Assembly (NCBI RefSeq): GCF_004010195.1
Contig: NC_057718.1
Coordinates: 79,551,721 to 79,601,025 of the forward strand
DNA: 49,305 bases
Origin: Chiloscyllium plagiosum
Taxonomy: Eukaryota
Direction of reading: 5' to 3'
Each line of letters starts with the position of its first letter. Positions within the stretch are counted from its first letter, which is position 1. Position numbers and translations under genes: made by a program. The notes beneath the pieces were generated by a model that was not told the origin of the DNA, made no database searches, and saw nothing but the letters and a program-made list of their open reading frames with translations. Positions 36,661 to 47,968 of this stretch are shown here, piece by piece.

Positions 36661-37693
36661 TGTCATGACCACAGGTCATGAACCTAGAGCAGTTATGAAG
36701 GTATTGAACACTTAATTACAATTTTTTTTGTGAAGAGGACATTCAGCCTAAAGATGACTGCAGATGAAAATTCAGTGGCTGTCTGGAGAGAGATTGTTCC
36801 ACCTGACGAGGTGTCAAGGGAACTTCAAAGGGATGGACTAAAAACTGAGAAATGGATGGCAAAGTGAACTGTAATTTCTTTGTGAACATGATGGGATAAA
36901 AAACAACATTTGCCTGGACGACACACATGAATAAATAGGAACAGGGTTAAAAGGCAACTTGACCCTCATCTTTTTGTGCTAGTTGAAGAAAGTGTGCTAG
37001 TGAGCTGACTGACATTTTTGAGTGCACCAGAGGGTTGAGGTACTCATGTGCACTATTCTGGATACAAGTGCTAATGTGTTGTGAAGGTCACAGTGAAAGG
37101 ATCCACCCCAGACACCTTCTTACCCTGTGTTGCAGGTAGAATACTTTCTTGTTCTGAGTGCTTAAGCCAGCTAGGTAGCAAGTCAGTCAGAAGAAAGTGG
37201 GAGAAAAGAAAGCCCCTCTTGCTCTAAATTCCATAAGCCAGCTAACCAGTAAGTCAGGCAAAAGGAAATAGAACAAAAGAGCTTAATTCAAACTGCAAAC
37301 TCAGGAATCTCGAAATCGACTGCTTGATTATCAAGTTTCACTATCCATTCTTTATGAGCCACCCATAAATTGAACCATTTACCTATTAGCTACATTTTGG
37401 ACTCACTTCCCATTTATAAGTTTATGTATTTGTTTTGCATAATTATTTCTTCTCACGTTTTTGTAACTAATAAACTCACTTTTTGTTAACTCAAGAAAGC
37501 CTGATTAAATTGGCTCCTTTAAAAACAGAAATTTGTTTGATCCAGGATAAGGTTAGCCTTTTGGCTGCTAACCAAGGGATTGGTGAAGAAAGGAGAGTCA
37601 GTTAATCACCCCTCAGTTGGGACCTTGACAATTTGTGGTATCTATCTGGAACCATAATAATTTAGGAAACTTCACCCGGGTCTGGATGTAACA
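36661..37693 (+). mobile_element. Putative solo LTR (about 1 kb)
   Basis: Begins TGTCA, ends TAACA, flanks CTTT/GTTT, internal AATAAA at about 37469; shares a block with 8047-8100. Confidence 0.4.
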
Positions 37694-37984
37694 GTTTGAA
37701 AAGCAAACAATACGGAAGGGATATCAGTTATCTCCCTCTGCTTCTGAGGGTCTGAAAAATACCAGCCTTGAAATACCTCTGCTTGTAATGTTCTTTTTAA
37801 TGTTACGCATGTCCTTCATGGAAGGAAATTTTCCATCTTCATTAGGTTTGGCCGACATGTCACCTCAGACCCACAGTAATGTGGTTGACTCTCAACTGCC
37901 TTCTGAAATGGCCGAGAAAGCTATTCGATTTCATCAATTGCTACAAAGTCTCAAATAAATCAATTTGGATAAATCACCTCCTTT

Positions 37985-38495
37985 TGGGAAGAATGTTGAG
38001 AAACCTGAAAGGGTTCAGAAAAGATTTACAAGGATGTTGCCAGGGTTGGAGGGTTGGAGTTGTTGGGAGAGACTGAATAGGCTGGGGCTGTTTTCCCTGG
38101 AGCATTGGAAGCTGAGGAGTAACCTTATAGCAGTTTATAAAATCATGAGGGGCATGGATAGGGTAAATAGGCAAGGTCTTTTCTTTGGGATGGAGGAATA
38201 CAGAACTAGAGGGCATAGGTTTAGGATGAGAGGGGAAAGATTTAAAAGCGAACTAGGCGGCAACATTTTTACGCAAAGTGTGGTGTGTGTATGGACTAAG
38301 CTGCTAGAGGAAATGGTGGAGGCTGGTAAAATTACAACATTTAAAAGGCATCTAGCTAGGTATATGAATAGGAAGGGTTTAGAGGTATATGGGCCAAGTG
38401 CTGGCAAATGGGACTAGATTAATTTAGGATATCTGGTCAGCATGGACAAGTTGGACCAAAGGGTCTATTTCTGTGCTATACATCGCTATGACTCT
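37985..38495 (+). mobile_element. CR1-clade LINE 3' end (HER1-like) nested in the long LINE
   Basis: ORF 37965-38417 ERVQKRFTRMLPGL...RLNRLGLFSLE...YKIMRG...RTRGH...FFTQ-like motif. Confidence 0.9.
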
Positions 38496-38548
38496 AGGAC
38501 CAGGTACCAACCTGGGCACTGGAACAAACAATGGCAGAATTAGCCCTG

Positions 38549-38638
38549 AGAAAAAAGTGAGGACTGCAGATGCTGGAGTACCAGAGTTGAAAAATGTGGT
38601 GCTGGAAAAACATAGCAGGCCAGGCAACATCCAAGGAA
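38549..38638 (-). mobile_element. Single family B pseudo-LTR arm, hammerhead part absent
   Basis: Matches the family B arms; exact 14-bp duplication CAGAATTAGCCCTG at 38535-38548 and 38639-38652. Confidence 0.85.
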
Positions 38639-39599
38639 CAGAATTAGCCCTGTCAACCCTGCAAAGTTTTCCTTACTATCATCTGAGGGCTAATGCCAAA
38701 TTTGAGACAGCTGTCTCACAGACCAGTCAAGCAACAACCTGGCGTAGTCATACTCACCGAATCATAATTTATAGACAATGCCCCAGTTACCACCATCATC
38801 ATCCCTGGATATGTCCTGCCCCACTGGCAGGACAGACTTAGCAGAGGTGGTGGCACAGTGTATACAGTTGAGAGAGAGTTGACCTGGGAGTCCTCAGCAT
38901 TGACTCTGACCCCATGAAGTCTTGTGGCTTCAGATTAAACATGGGCAAGGAAACCTCCTGATGATTACCACATACCGTCCTCCCTCAGCTGATGAATCTG
39001 TACTCTTCCATATTGAACTACACTTAGAGGATGTATTGAGGATGGCAAGGGCATGAGACTTTGGGGATGCCAATGTCTGCCACCATGAGTAACTCAGCAG
39101 CAATGCTACTGATCAAGCTGGTCGGGTCCTAAAGAATATAGCTGCTACACTGGGTCTGAGGCAGGTGTTGAAGAAACCAACAAGGAAAAGCATACTTGAC
39201 CTCATCCTTATCAATCTGCTGGCTGTAAATGCATCTGTCCATGACAGTATAGATAAGAGTTACCATCGCACAGCCCTTGTGGAGACAAAGTCCCACCTTC
39301 ACATTGAGAATAAGCTCCATCATATGTGCTATCACGGTGCTAATTGGGACAGACTTCAAACAGACCTAGTAACTCATCGGCATCTATGAGGTACTGTGGG
39401 CCATCTACAGCAGCAGAATTGTACTCCAGCACAAGCTGTAACCTCATGGCCTGGCCTACAATTACAATCAAGCCAGGGGATCAGTTCTGGTTCAATGGAC
39501 ACTGCAGGAGGCCATGCCAAGAGCAGCACCAGGCATAGCAGCAAAAAAAGGTGTCAACATAGTGAAGTTACCAGACAGGATTACTTGCATGCAAAACAG

Positions 39600-39716
39600 A
39601 GTCCTGAAGAAGGGTTACACCTGAAACATTGATTTCTCCAACCCCTGATGCTGCCTGGCTTGTCATGTTCTTTACTTGTCTACCTTGGATTCCAGCATCT
39701 GCAGTTTTGTTTGTGT
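39600..39716 (+). mobile_element. Pseudo-LTR-type mini-element (family D) starting at a hammerhead motif
   Basis: AGTC-CTGAAGA-AGGGT TAC ACCT-GAAA-CA-TT-GATT (39600-39634), then GATGCTGCCTGGCTTG...TTCCAGCATCTGCAGTTTT; interrupts the LINE. Confidence 0.75.
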
Positions 39717-41785
39717 CAGCGTAAGTAGCAAGTGACAGACAGAGCTAAGCAATCCCAGTGGATCAGATCTAAGCTCTGCAGTCTTGCTACATTCAGTCGT
39801 GAATGGTGGTTGATAATTAAACAACTTATTGGAGGAGGAAGGTCAACAAATATCCCCTTTTCAATGATGAAAAGGCCCAGCATGTCAGTGGAAAAGATTA
39901 GGCTGAAGCATTTGCAGCAATCTTCAGCTAGAAATGTTGAGTTGGTGATGCATCTCAGCCTCCTACAGTGGTCTCCAGCATTCCAAATATCAGTCTTCAG
40001 CCAATTTGATTCATTCCATGTGATATCAAGAAATAACTGAACACACTGGATACTGCAGAGGTTATGGGCCCTGACTACATTCTGGAAATAATATTGAAGA
40101 CTTGTGCTCTAGGACTTGCTGCTTCTCTAGCCAAGTTTTTCTATTACAGTTACAACACTGGCACCTACCCCGACAATGTGGAAAATTGTTCAGGGATACT
40201 GCATACATAAAAAAGAGGACAAGTGTACTTGCAATCATTAGTAAAGTGATGGAAGGGTTCATCAACAGAGCTATCAAGCAGCACCTGCTCAGCAACTACC
40301 TGCTCAGTGGCACCCAGTTTGGGTTCTGTCAGGCCACTCAGCTCCTGACCTCATTGGTTCAACCATGGAAAAAAGAGCTGAATTCCAGAGGTGAGATGAG
40401 AGTAACAGCCCTTGACATCAAGGCTGCATTTGACTGAATGTGGCATCAGGAAGCCCTGGCAAACTGGAATCAATGGGTATCAGGGACAAACACTCTGCTG
40501 GTTGGAGTCATACCTGGCACACAGAAAGATGGTCGTGCTTGTTGGAGGTCAGTCATCTCAGCTCCGGGACATCTCTGCAGGAGTCCCTCAGCAGAGTGTC
40601 CTAGGTCCAACTATCTTCAGCTGCTTCATCAATGTCCTTCCCTCTATTATAAGGTCAGAAGTGGAGATGTCACTGATGATCGTACAATGTTTATCACAGT
40701 TCACAACTCCTCAGACACTGAAGCAGTCCATGTTCGAATGCAACAAGATCAGACAATATCCAGACTTGGGCTGACAATGGTAAGTAACATGCACACCTGA
40801 TAAATGCAAGTCTATGACCATCGTCAATAAGAGACAATATAACCACCATCCCTTTATAGTTAATGGTGTTACTATCACTGAATCCCCCAATACCAACATC
40901 CTGGGGGTTATCAATGACCAGAACCTCAACTGGACTCATCACATAAACACAGTGACTAGAAGTGTAGGTCGGAGGTTGGGAATACTGTGGCAAGTAACTC
41001 AGTTCCTTACTTCCCAAAGCCTGTCCAGCATCTATATGGCACAAGTCAAGAGTCTGATGGAATACTCCCCACTTGCCTGGATGAGTATAGCTCCAATAAT
41101 GCTCAAGAAGCTTGACACAATCCAGGACAAAGTAGCCTACTTGATTTGCTACCGCATGTGCAAGCATCCATTCCCTCCACCACCAACCTTCATTAGCAGC
41201 AGTGTGTACTAGCTACAAAATGAACTGCAGAAATTCACCAAAGATTTTAGGTAGCACCTTCCATGACCACTTCCATTAGAAGGACAAGGGCAGCAGAATC
41301 ATGGGAACATCGCCACCTTCAAGATCTCCCCCCCCAAAGCCATTCATCACTCTGATTTGGAAATAATATCGCCGTTCCTTTATGTCACTGGGTCACAATC
41401 CTGGAATTTCTTTCCTAGGGCATTGTGAGTTAACCTACAGCACATGGACTGCAGCAGTTCAAGAAAGCAGCTCACCATCACTTTCTCAAGGGCAACTAGG
41501 GACGGGCAATAAATGCTGACCAGCCAGTGATGCCAACATCCCACAAATGAATAAAAAATTCAAACTTGTTCAGACATCCTATTGGGGCAATGGCAATACA
41601 AAATGACAACCACTCCTGATGTAGCATGGCATGCTATGCTACGGGTGGACAGGAGGTTAAGGAGGGGAAGGCTAAAATATTTGGTGTTGGCAAGTTAGAG
41701 GGAGATCTGTTTCGAAAATGATCAGATCTAGCTTTCATCACGACATTGGTACCCCGAACAGAAAACATTTACACCCTACTACATA

Positions 41786-41873
41786 AAAATGAAATATTAC
41801 TGTTATATCTACATTAACAAAATGAAATATCACTATTATATCTACCTATAAAGCATGAAATATTATTGCTATA
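41786..41873. repeat. Degenerate minisatellite, about 33 bp x 2.7
   Basis: Three copies of an ATGAAATATTACTGTTATA-like unit. Confidence 0.75.
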
Positions 41874-42499
41874 AGCCCTGTTCAATTAATCAATAGATAG
41901 GCTAAAATCAGAGGAAAACAAATCATAAAATTGTGTCAATTTATATTGTGCAGGATTCTTATGATCTACAGAAAACAGCAGAGTTTCAGTTATTATATAA
42001 CTCATAATGAAAAGAAATGTTTGAAACACAATTGCCTGAATTCAGGTTTCTAAAATAATGCCTTATTTCACTCCTGAGATACTTTTCAAATTCGATTATG
42101 AAATAGGGAATCAACAACAAAATGTTTGGACAGCTTCAATAGTCTGCCTCACAATATAAGAGGGCAATGTAAATGGTGGACAAGGCAACCACTTGCCAGT
42201 ATCAATTAAGAAGTGTGAGAGGAATCAATTGAGGACAATGCAGGTTCTTACAAACCTCTCCTTTGACACAGATCAAATCTCATTAGACCTCTTTCATTTA
42301 AAAGACAATTTTGTGTACCCTTTGCTTTGTGCAATAAAATAACTAGTGTTGGACTTTGACAGTTTCCCAGTAATCTTATTTTTAATTTGAAGAAGTGGAG
42401 GAGGTATATCGTTGCAGTGAAAGATTGTTTTCATTTTTCTCTCTGAACCAGCTGTGAAAGGGATTTATTGTTTAACTTGACATTGTTCTTTTTTATTAG

Positions 42500-42586
42500 A
42501 TTCTGCTGCTCCAGAAACTGTCAGATGTTGCTCAGATCATTTCTTTTGCGGTGATTTCTGTGAATCAAATTGCATCATATTCTCAG
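42500..42586 (+). CDS. Candidate 87-nt internal host exon, gene unidentified
   Basis: Branch-like TTAAC/TTGAC, pyrimidine tract and TAG acceptor at 42497-42499; CAG|GTCAGG donor; length divisible by 3; two frames open; lies in non-repetitive sequence. Confidence 0.45.
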
Positions 42587-43639
42587 GTCAGGCTCCTTGG
42601 TGGCTATCAATAGCCAGAAATGAATTTTCTTTGTTACTTAACTGCCACAGATCGGGCAAATTTATTGTGATCATCACACAGTGTGAGACTTCGAATTTAT
42701 TTGTTTTCTTTTGAGAGGGGAAAGTCTGAGAAAAGCTGAAAATACATTATGAAATGGTGACATTACATGATTCCTACAATGCAGTAAATTTTTCTGTAAC
42801 TCAGCAATCAAGATTATGGCATTTTCACACAAATCAGATTTTATACCCATCATCTAGAAAAGCCTCTTCTACTTTAATTTCCAGTCCTTGCCCTTTTTTT
42901 GCCAGGCATTATTTAGTGGACCTTAGTTATTCTGTGTCCAAAGAAATTCTGGCATTTCAATGAAGAATCATGAAGAAACTTCTCCCCCATGATGCTCCAA
43001 ATCGATGGCCTGTTTACAAATTCATTTACATTCATATAATCAGTCTTAACTGTCAATCCTACTGGTGTGAAAACAGAGCAAAGGTAACAACAGTTGCTCT
43101 TTTCTAGTTACAGTCCAGATTTATCATGAACTGGGGAGAATTTTACCCTGTGATTCCCCAGCATTATATCAATCCTCAAAGTACTTTATGCTAATGTTTA
43201 CCATTCAACATGTCAAAACTTATTTTGATTTCACAACTTTAAATTTAAAGTACCATTCCACATATGTTATAGGTTTCTAGCAATCTTAACATTATGAGCT
43301 TGATCTACAGTGAGTATTTTTTAATTGTATGGTAGTTCCTAAGGGACAATGAATTCCTAGTGTTTGTACCAAATTCCTTCAGGAATGTTTAAGGCAGATG
43401 TTAACCAGTATAAAATAAACATAGTAATCCTTGCAGGAACTTGGTTGATTCTTATAATTTAAGATGGTCCCTTGCAAAATCTTTCCTCTAATGTCAAGTC
43501 AGAGAAGTGAGCCAAGATTTAATACGAGACATGGGGTGTGGTGGTGAGGGGGAGGTTCATGGGGAAAGGGAGGGGGTTGCAAGAGAATGGAAGACTTTGA
43601 GGAAAGAGTCGGAAGCAAGGGTGTGACTTTTCCATCCCA

Positions 43640-43935
43640 ATGATAAGGGACGGAACTAGTTGCCATTTGGAGAAGGATCAATAACCAAAGGACACAGATT
43701 TGTGATAAAAGCCTGAAGGTTTGAAGGGATTTAAAGTAGTTTTTTTTTAACACCAGTTGTGGGTATCTGGAAAAGTGGTAGAGGGAGGAGCCATCAAAGC
43801 ATCTAAAAAGTATATAAGGCTATGTATGGGCCAAGATTTGGAAGATGGGACTAAGTTGATAAGTTTTTGATTCCTGGCATAGACACAATGGGTCAAAGAG
43901 CCTTTTTCCTGTGTTGTAAACTCCATAACTCTGTC
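43640..43935 (+). mobile_element. Old CR1-clade LINE 3' end
   Basis: ACCAAAGGACACAGATTT...GGGTCAAAGAGCCTTTTTCCTGTGTTGTAAACTCCATAACTCT. Confidence 0.65.
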
Positions 43936-44339
43936 CAAACAATGGAAAGCCAAAAGATCATGAAGCAGGAATTTTTTTTTGCACTGGGATCAGGTCATTA
44001 CAAACATGAAAGGAAAGTAAGTATTTACACAGTATAAACCCTATGATTTATATTGGGATGAGGAGTGTTTTGTTTGACTGCTCCTTCTTCCCACAAGCCT
44101 TCCTTCTCCCCAAAACATGTTTTTTTTTCTCCAGAGAGGGTGTTTTCTTACTTCCAGCTGCCCTCCCTTACCATTTTGACCTGCTGGTGAAGGTCCAGAC
44201 ATAACTGTTCGAGCTCCCCTACTCTGACACCTTTCATCACCCATGGCACCTGCTGCTGGCTGTTCCATTACATACTTCCCTCCTTGAAACCTGCCATCCT
44301 GACAACTACACATAGCACATGAATGAAATGAAACACTTA

Positions 44340-45250
44340 GCAAGCATTGTGAATATTCCAATTGCTGACATAATGATGGAGGAAAGGTTAACAATGATTG
44401 AGCTCAAGATGTTAAGTTTTTGGATGCTGCCCTGATGAATGAATAGCTATCATCATGTCCTGGTGTTATAATGATTTGCCTTCAATGACTCCAGCCACTG
44501 GAGAGGGTTTTAGCCAGGTTCCTTTGTTTTCCACTCAGTTGAATGTTACCTCGGTGTCATTCTCATCTCATATTTGGAAGCTAGCCTCCAGGAGATTGTA
44601 ATGAGGTCATCCAGTTGGACCTCATAGAATATGTGTTCCCTGATCGGGACTGTTAATCTGAAATTGGGAGCCCTGGCTGACAGACAAAAACAGAAGTGTC
44701 AGACCTTCTGACAGTCTGAGCTGGTTCTGTGAAAGTTGAATCAGTGTCAAGGACTTTCCACATGTAAATAAAGGCTAACTTGGTGACTGGATACCAGCCT
44801 CTCTGGAGTTATTTCAAGCCATGTATGGTTCAAGCTTTAACATAGTCTGGAGTCAAGTGGTCCTAACTGAAACTAAACTGAGTATTGGTGAACTTGGTAG
44901 CACTGTTGATGACTCCTTTTTTGCTGTGCTGATGATTCAGAGTAGGTTGGTAGGATGGCAATTGGCTATAGTGAATTTATTGTTCTTGTGGGCAGGATAA
45001 ATATGGGCAGTTTTCCACACAGTCAGTGAGATGCAACTGTTGCAGCTGTAATTGAGCTTGACTACAGGAATACTGCCAATCAGTACCACATCTGGGATGC
45101 AGGGTCTGCAGTCTTGCTGTGTTCAATGCACTCATCTGTTTCATGATATCACATCAAGTGAATCAAATTGGCTGAATTCTGGCATCTGTGTTGACAAGGA
45201 TCTCAGGAGGCCAAGAAAACTCATCCACTCAGCACATCTGCTTGTAGACA
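44340..45250 (-). mobile_element. Old LINE fragments, 37860-41558 family
   Basis: Reverse-complement similarity to about 39940-40690 (CATAATGATGGAGGAAAGGTTAA, GGGCAGTTTTCCACA, TTTCATGATATCACATCAAGTGAATCAAATTGGCTGAA). Confidence 0.7.
44597..44816 (+). mobile_element. Short solo LTR (about 220 bp)
   Basis: TGTAAT...ATTTCA imperfect inverted termini, AATAAA at 44767-44772, interrupts the LINE; no clear TSD. Confidence 0.6.
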
Positions 45251-45404
45251 GTAATGTATACTTCAGTTTTACCTTTTGCATTCAAAACAAACATGGATTA
45301 TTTAGTTTGTCCATCATATTGTACATTTTACCAGAGTCCTACATATTTGATTAAAGTTAAACAATTTGCATTTGCCTAAATTGGAAATAATAAGCTAAAT
45401 AAGT

Positions 45405-45560
45405 AAAATACTTTGGATGCTAAAATTCTGAAATAGAACAGAAAATATTGGAAATATTCATCAAAGTCATGACACATCTGTGGAGATGCTTTTTTAAGTT
45501 GGATGGCCTTTTGCCAGGTCTGATGACAGGTCATTAACCTGAAAGGCTAACTCTGATTTT
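45405..45560. mobile_element. Very decayed family C-like inverted pseudo-LTR pair with hammerhead motif
   Basis: CTGATGA-C-AGGT CATTA ACCT-GAAA-GG-CT-AAC at 45520-45551; the left part resembles the minus arm at 29100-29180. Confidence 0.6.
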
Positions 45561-46964
45561 TTTTTCTAAACCAATATATTGCTGTGCCAATCTTGAAGTC
45601 ATGTTGGGATGGAGGAAATATGTTGGCCCTAGGACTACAGTTGTGATGGCACACAATGCTGCTGTTATGGATGACCCATAGTGGTACAATGGATGTCCAG
45701 TTTTTTTGCTCCTATATTTTTGGGTGCTTCAATGCTATCAAGGAAACCTACTGCCTCTCGGCATAGGTTTTAATTAACATACTTTGAATTTTTGATTTTA
45801 AATTGTCAATTCAATTTACTTCTCATCACCAGTTAGATTCAAAATAGAACATTATTCTATATTTATTTTTGACTAGCTCAGTTGCAGTGCTCTAGGTACA
45901 GGACAGGCAAGTGAGTTGAATCCACCCTTTAGATTGAAAAAAACTGCAAGAACCTAAGTATGAATGTGCAATGTATTTCTTTTATGTATGACAATAGATT
46001 TCTGCCTTATTGCAATCTTTTGTGACATTTTCAGCTGTTTGGAGGGTGTTTTGACTTATTGTCTTGGTTAGTCCTCATTTTCTTTTTAATAGGTTTCAGT
46101 CTTAATATTAGCGTTGTCTACAAATTCTGGAATAATTCTTCTACTTTATTAAAGAACGAAACAAAAACCTAACATATCATAGCTTTTCAAGATACCTTTT
46201 TTTGTGTACACATAACACAACAAGGCAAACTTAAAATGGGAAGTCTCTGGACGTTGAGATCTTGATTGTTTCTTTCCAAATTCTTGGCTTTAAATTTGGC
46301 TTTTTTGGGAGGTAGGGGAATATTTATACACTAAAAAAGCATTTTATTTCATATTTAAAAAAATAAAAAAGTTAAGCCTTCTTTAATGATGGGATGTATT
46401 CTGATGAAGGGGTTAGCATCCCTGTCTCTGAGCCTAAGATTGCACATTCAGGTCCTATGCTATGACCTAATGAACAATAACAAGACAGAACCGGTTGATG
46501 ATCAATTTGCAAATCTTACCATCACATGCTACTGGCAGATGGAAAGAGAGGGAAAGATTGCTGGTTATCCATGAGGTGAGAAAGAAGTCTAGTATCACCA
46601 TCTATAGCTCCAGACTACAAGATTCTTGTAAAAGTACATTTTACCACAAGAACTCAACTCCCCTAATGTATTGCAGAACACCACCACCACATTATTCAGT
46701 CAAAATTGATACAAAAATAAGCTGACTGGCAGCTGAAATAGCTGTAGTCTAGTGCTCCATTAGAATGTTAAGTTCTTGAGCCTTAGCTGTCTGTCACTCA
46801 AACTTACTTACATTCTTTTGGAGAAACATGCAGAGGGTTTCGCTATCTGTCTGCCTGTCTGGTTGATGTAGCATTATATGAAAGTAAGGTTCAATCTCTC
46901 TGGGAAATTCTCTCATATAATTTCCTGTGCACTATATGTTAATTTATTCGCGTACATACACTCC

Positions 46965-47265
46965 AAAAGATCATCAGATGTCGAGGCAAAAGTAGGCCAT
47001 TCAGCCCATCAAGTCTGTCCTGTGGTTGAACTGATATTCCTCAATTCAACATTATCCCCAAAAGTCTTTATTCCCTGAATGATTCAAAACCTGTCTGTCT
47101 CAGCTTGAATATACTTTACAAACCACAAGCCTCTGCAGTAAAGCATTCCACAGATTCATACCCACTGAGGGAAGAAATTCCTCCTCATCTCATGTGTGAC
47201 TCTTTATTCTGAGGTTATGCCATCTAGTCCTGGACTCTCCCACAAAGGAAAATAATCTCTCTGTA
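46965..47265 (-). mobile_element. CR1-clade LINE 3' end
   Basis: AGTAGGCCATTCAGCCCATCAAGTCTG...GCATTCCACAGATTCA...AAGAAATTCCTCCTCATCTC...TCTAGTCCTGGACTCTCCCAC. Confidence 0.75.
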
Positions 47266-47569
47266 TTTCTCAAGTCAAACACCACTCCCACCCCACACCC
47301 CGCCCCCCCACCCTGAAAATATTATGGGGTAACTCTTATGTGTTTTATTTTTGTTTATGTCCAAACTGTGTCAGTCTTTTGGATGTTTTGTTGCCACAAA
47401 GCCGAATGAGTTCCTTCACCATATCTGACCAAACTCATCTCATTAATTTTAAGGAAATTCCCCACCCCCACTGCATCCAACCCAATCACAGCTATCTCCC
47501 TTGGAACTGACTGCACTCATGATCTCAGATCCAATCTTAACTTTGGCATCTAACCTGCTGAACTGACCT

Positions 47570-47856
47570 CGGCATGGTGGCTCAGTGGTTAGCATTGATG
47601 CCTCACAGCACCAGGGTCCCAGGTTTGATTCCAGCCTTGGACTGTCTGTGTGGAGTTTGCACATTCTCCCCGTGTTTGCGTGGGCTTTTTCCGGGTGTTC
47701 CGGTTTCCTCCCACAGTCCAAAAGATGTGCAGGGCAGGTAAGTTGGCCATGCGAAATTGCCCATCGTGTTAGGTGCATTAGTCAGAGGAAAATGGGCCTG
47801 GGTGGGTTACTGTTCGGGGGGTTTCCACACTGTAGGGAATCAAATCTAATCTAATC
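47570..47856 (+). mobile_element. HE1-type V-SINE
   Basis: Head, V-domain, (AATCT)n tail. Confidence 0.9.
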
Positions 47857-47879
47857 ATATAATACAGGTTGAGTGCCAG

Positions 47880-47968
47880 CTCTCGGATGCTACCTGATCA
47901 GCTGTGCTTTTCCAGAACCACGCTCTTTGACTCTGATCTCCTGCATTTGCAATCCTCACTCCCTGCTA
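47880..47968 (+). mobile_element. Family B pseudo-LTR arm fragment
   Basis: CTCGGATGCTACCTGATCAGCTGTGCTTTTCCAGAACCAC...GACTCTGATCTCCTGCATTTGCAATCCTCACT matches 28100-28178. Confidence 0.8.

Larger units (their letters stand above)
37860..41558 (+). mobile_element. Long decayed CR1-superclade LINE (APE endonuclease + RT)
   Basis: APE-like TYRPPS and LDLILINL; RT ALDIKAAFD, WLESYL.HRKMVVLVGG, GVPQQSVLGPTIFSCFIN, ILGVINDQNLNWTHHI; many stops and frameshifts; ends ATGAATAAAAAA. Confidence 0.9.

Noticed and set aside
20623..41873. CRISPR-like or regularly spaced arrays
   Set aside because: The only tandem units (37 bp at 20623, about 33 bp at 41786) have no unique spacers, and the sequence is eukaryotic.
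46401..46430. CTGATGAAGGGG resembling a hammerhead start
   Set aside because: No GAAA after the hairpin and no pseudo-LTR context.
1581..47650. tRNA-like heads as functional tRNA genes
   Set aside because: All continue into SINE bodies and lack a complete cloverleaf.
343..47854. Recurrent short ORFs such as DCGRKPEHPEETHADMGRMCKLHT and VWSLHILP
   Set aside because: Chance frames through HE1-type SINE copies, not genes.
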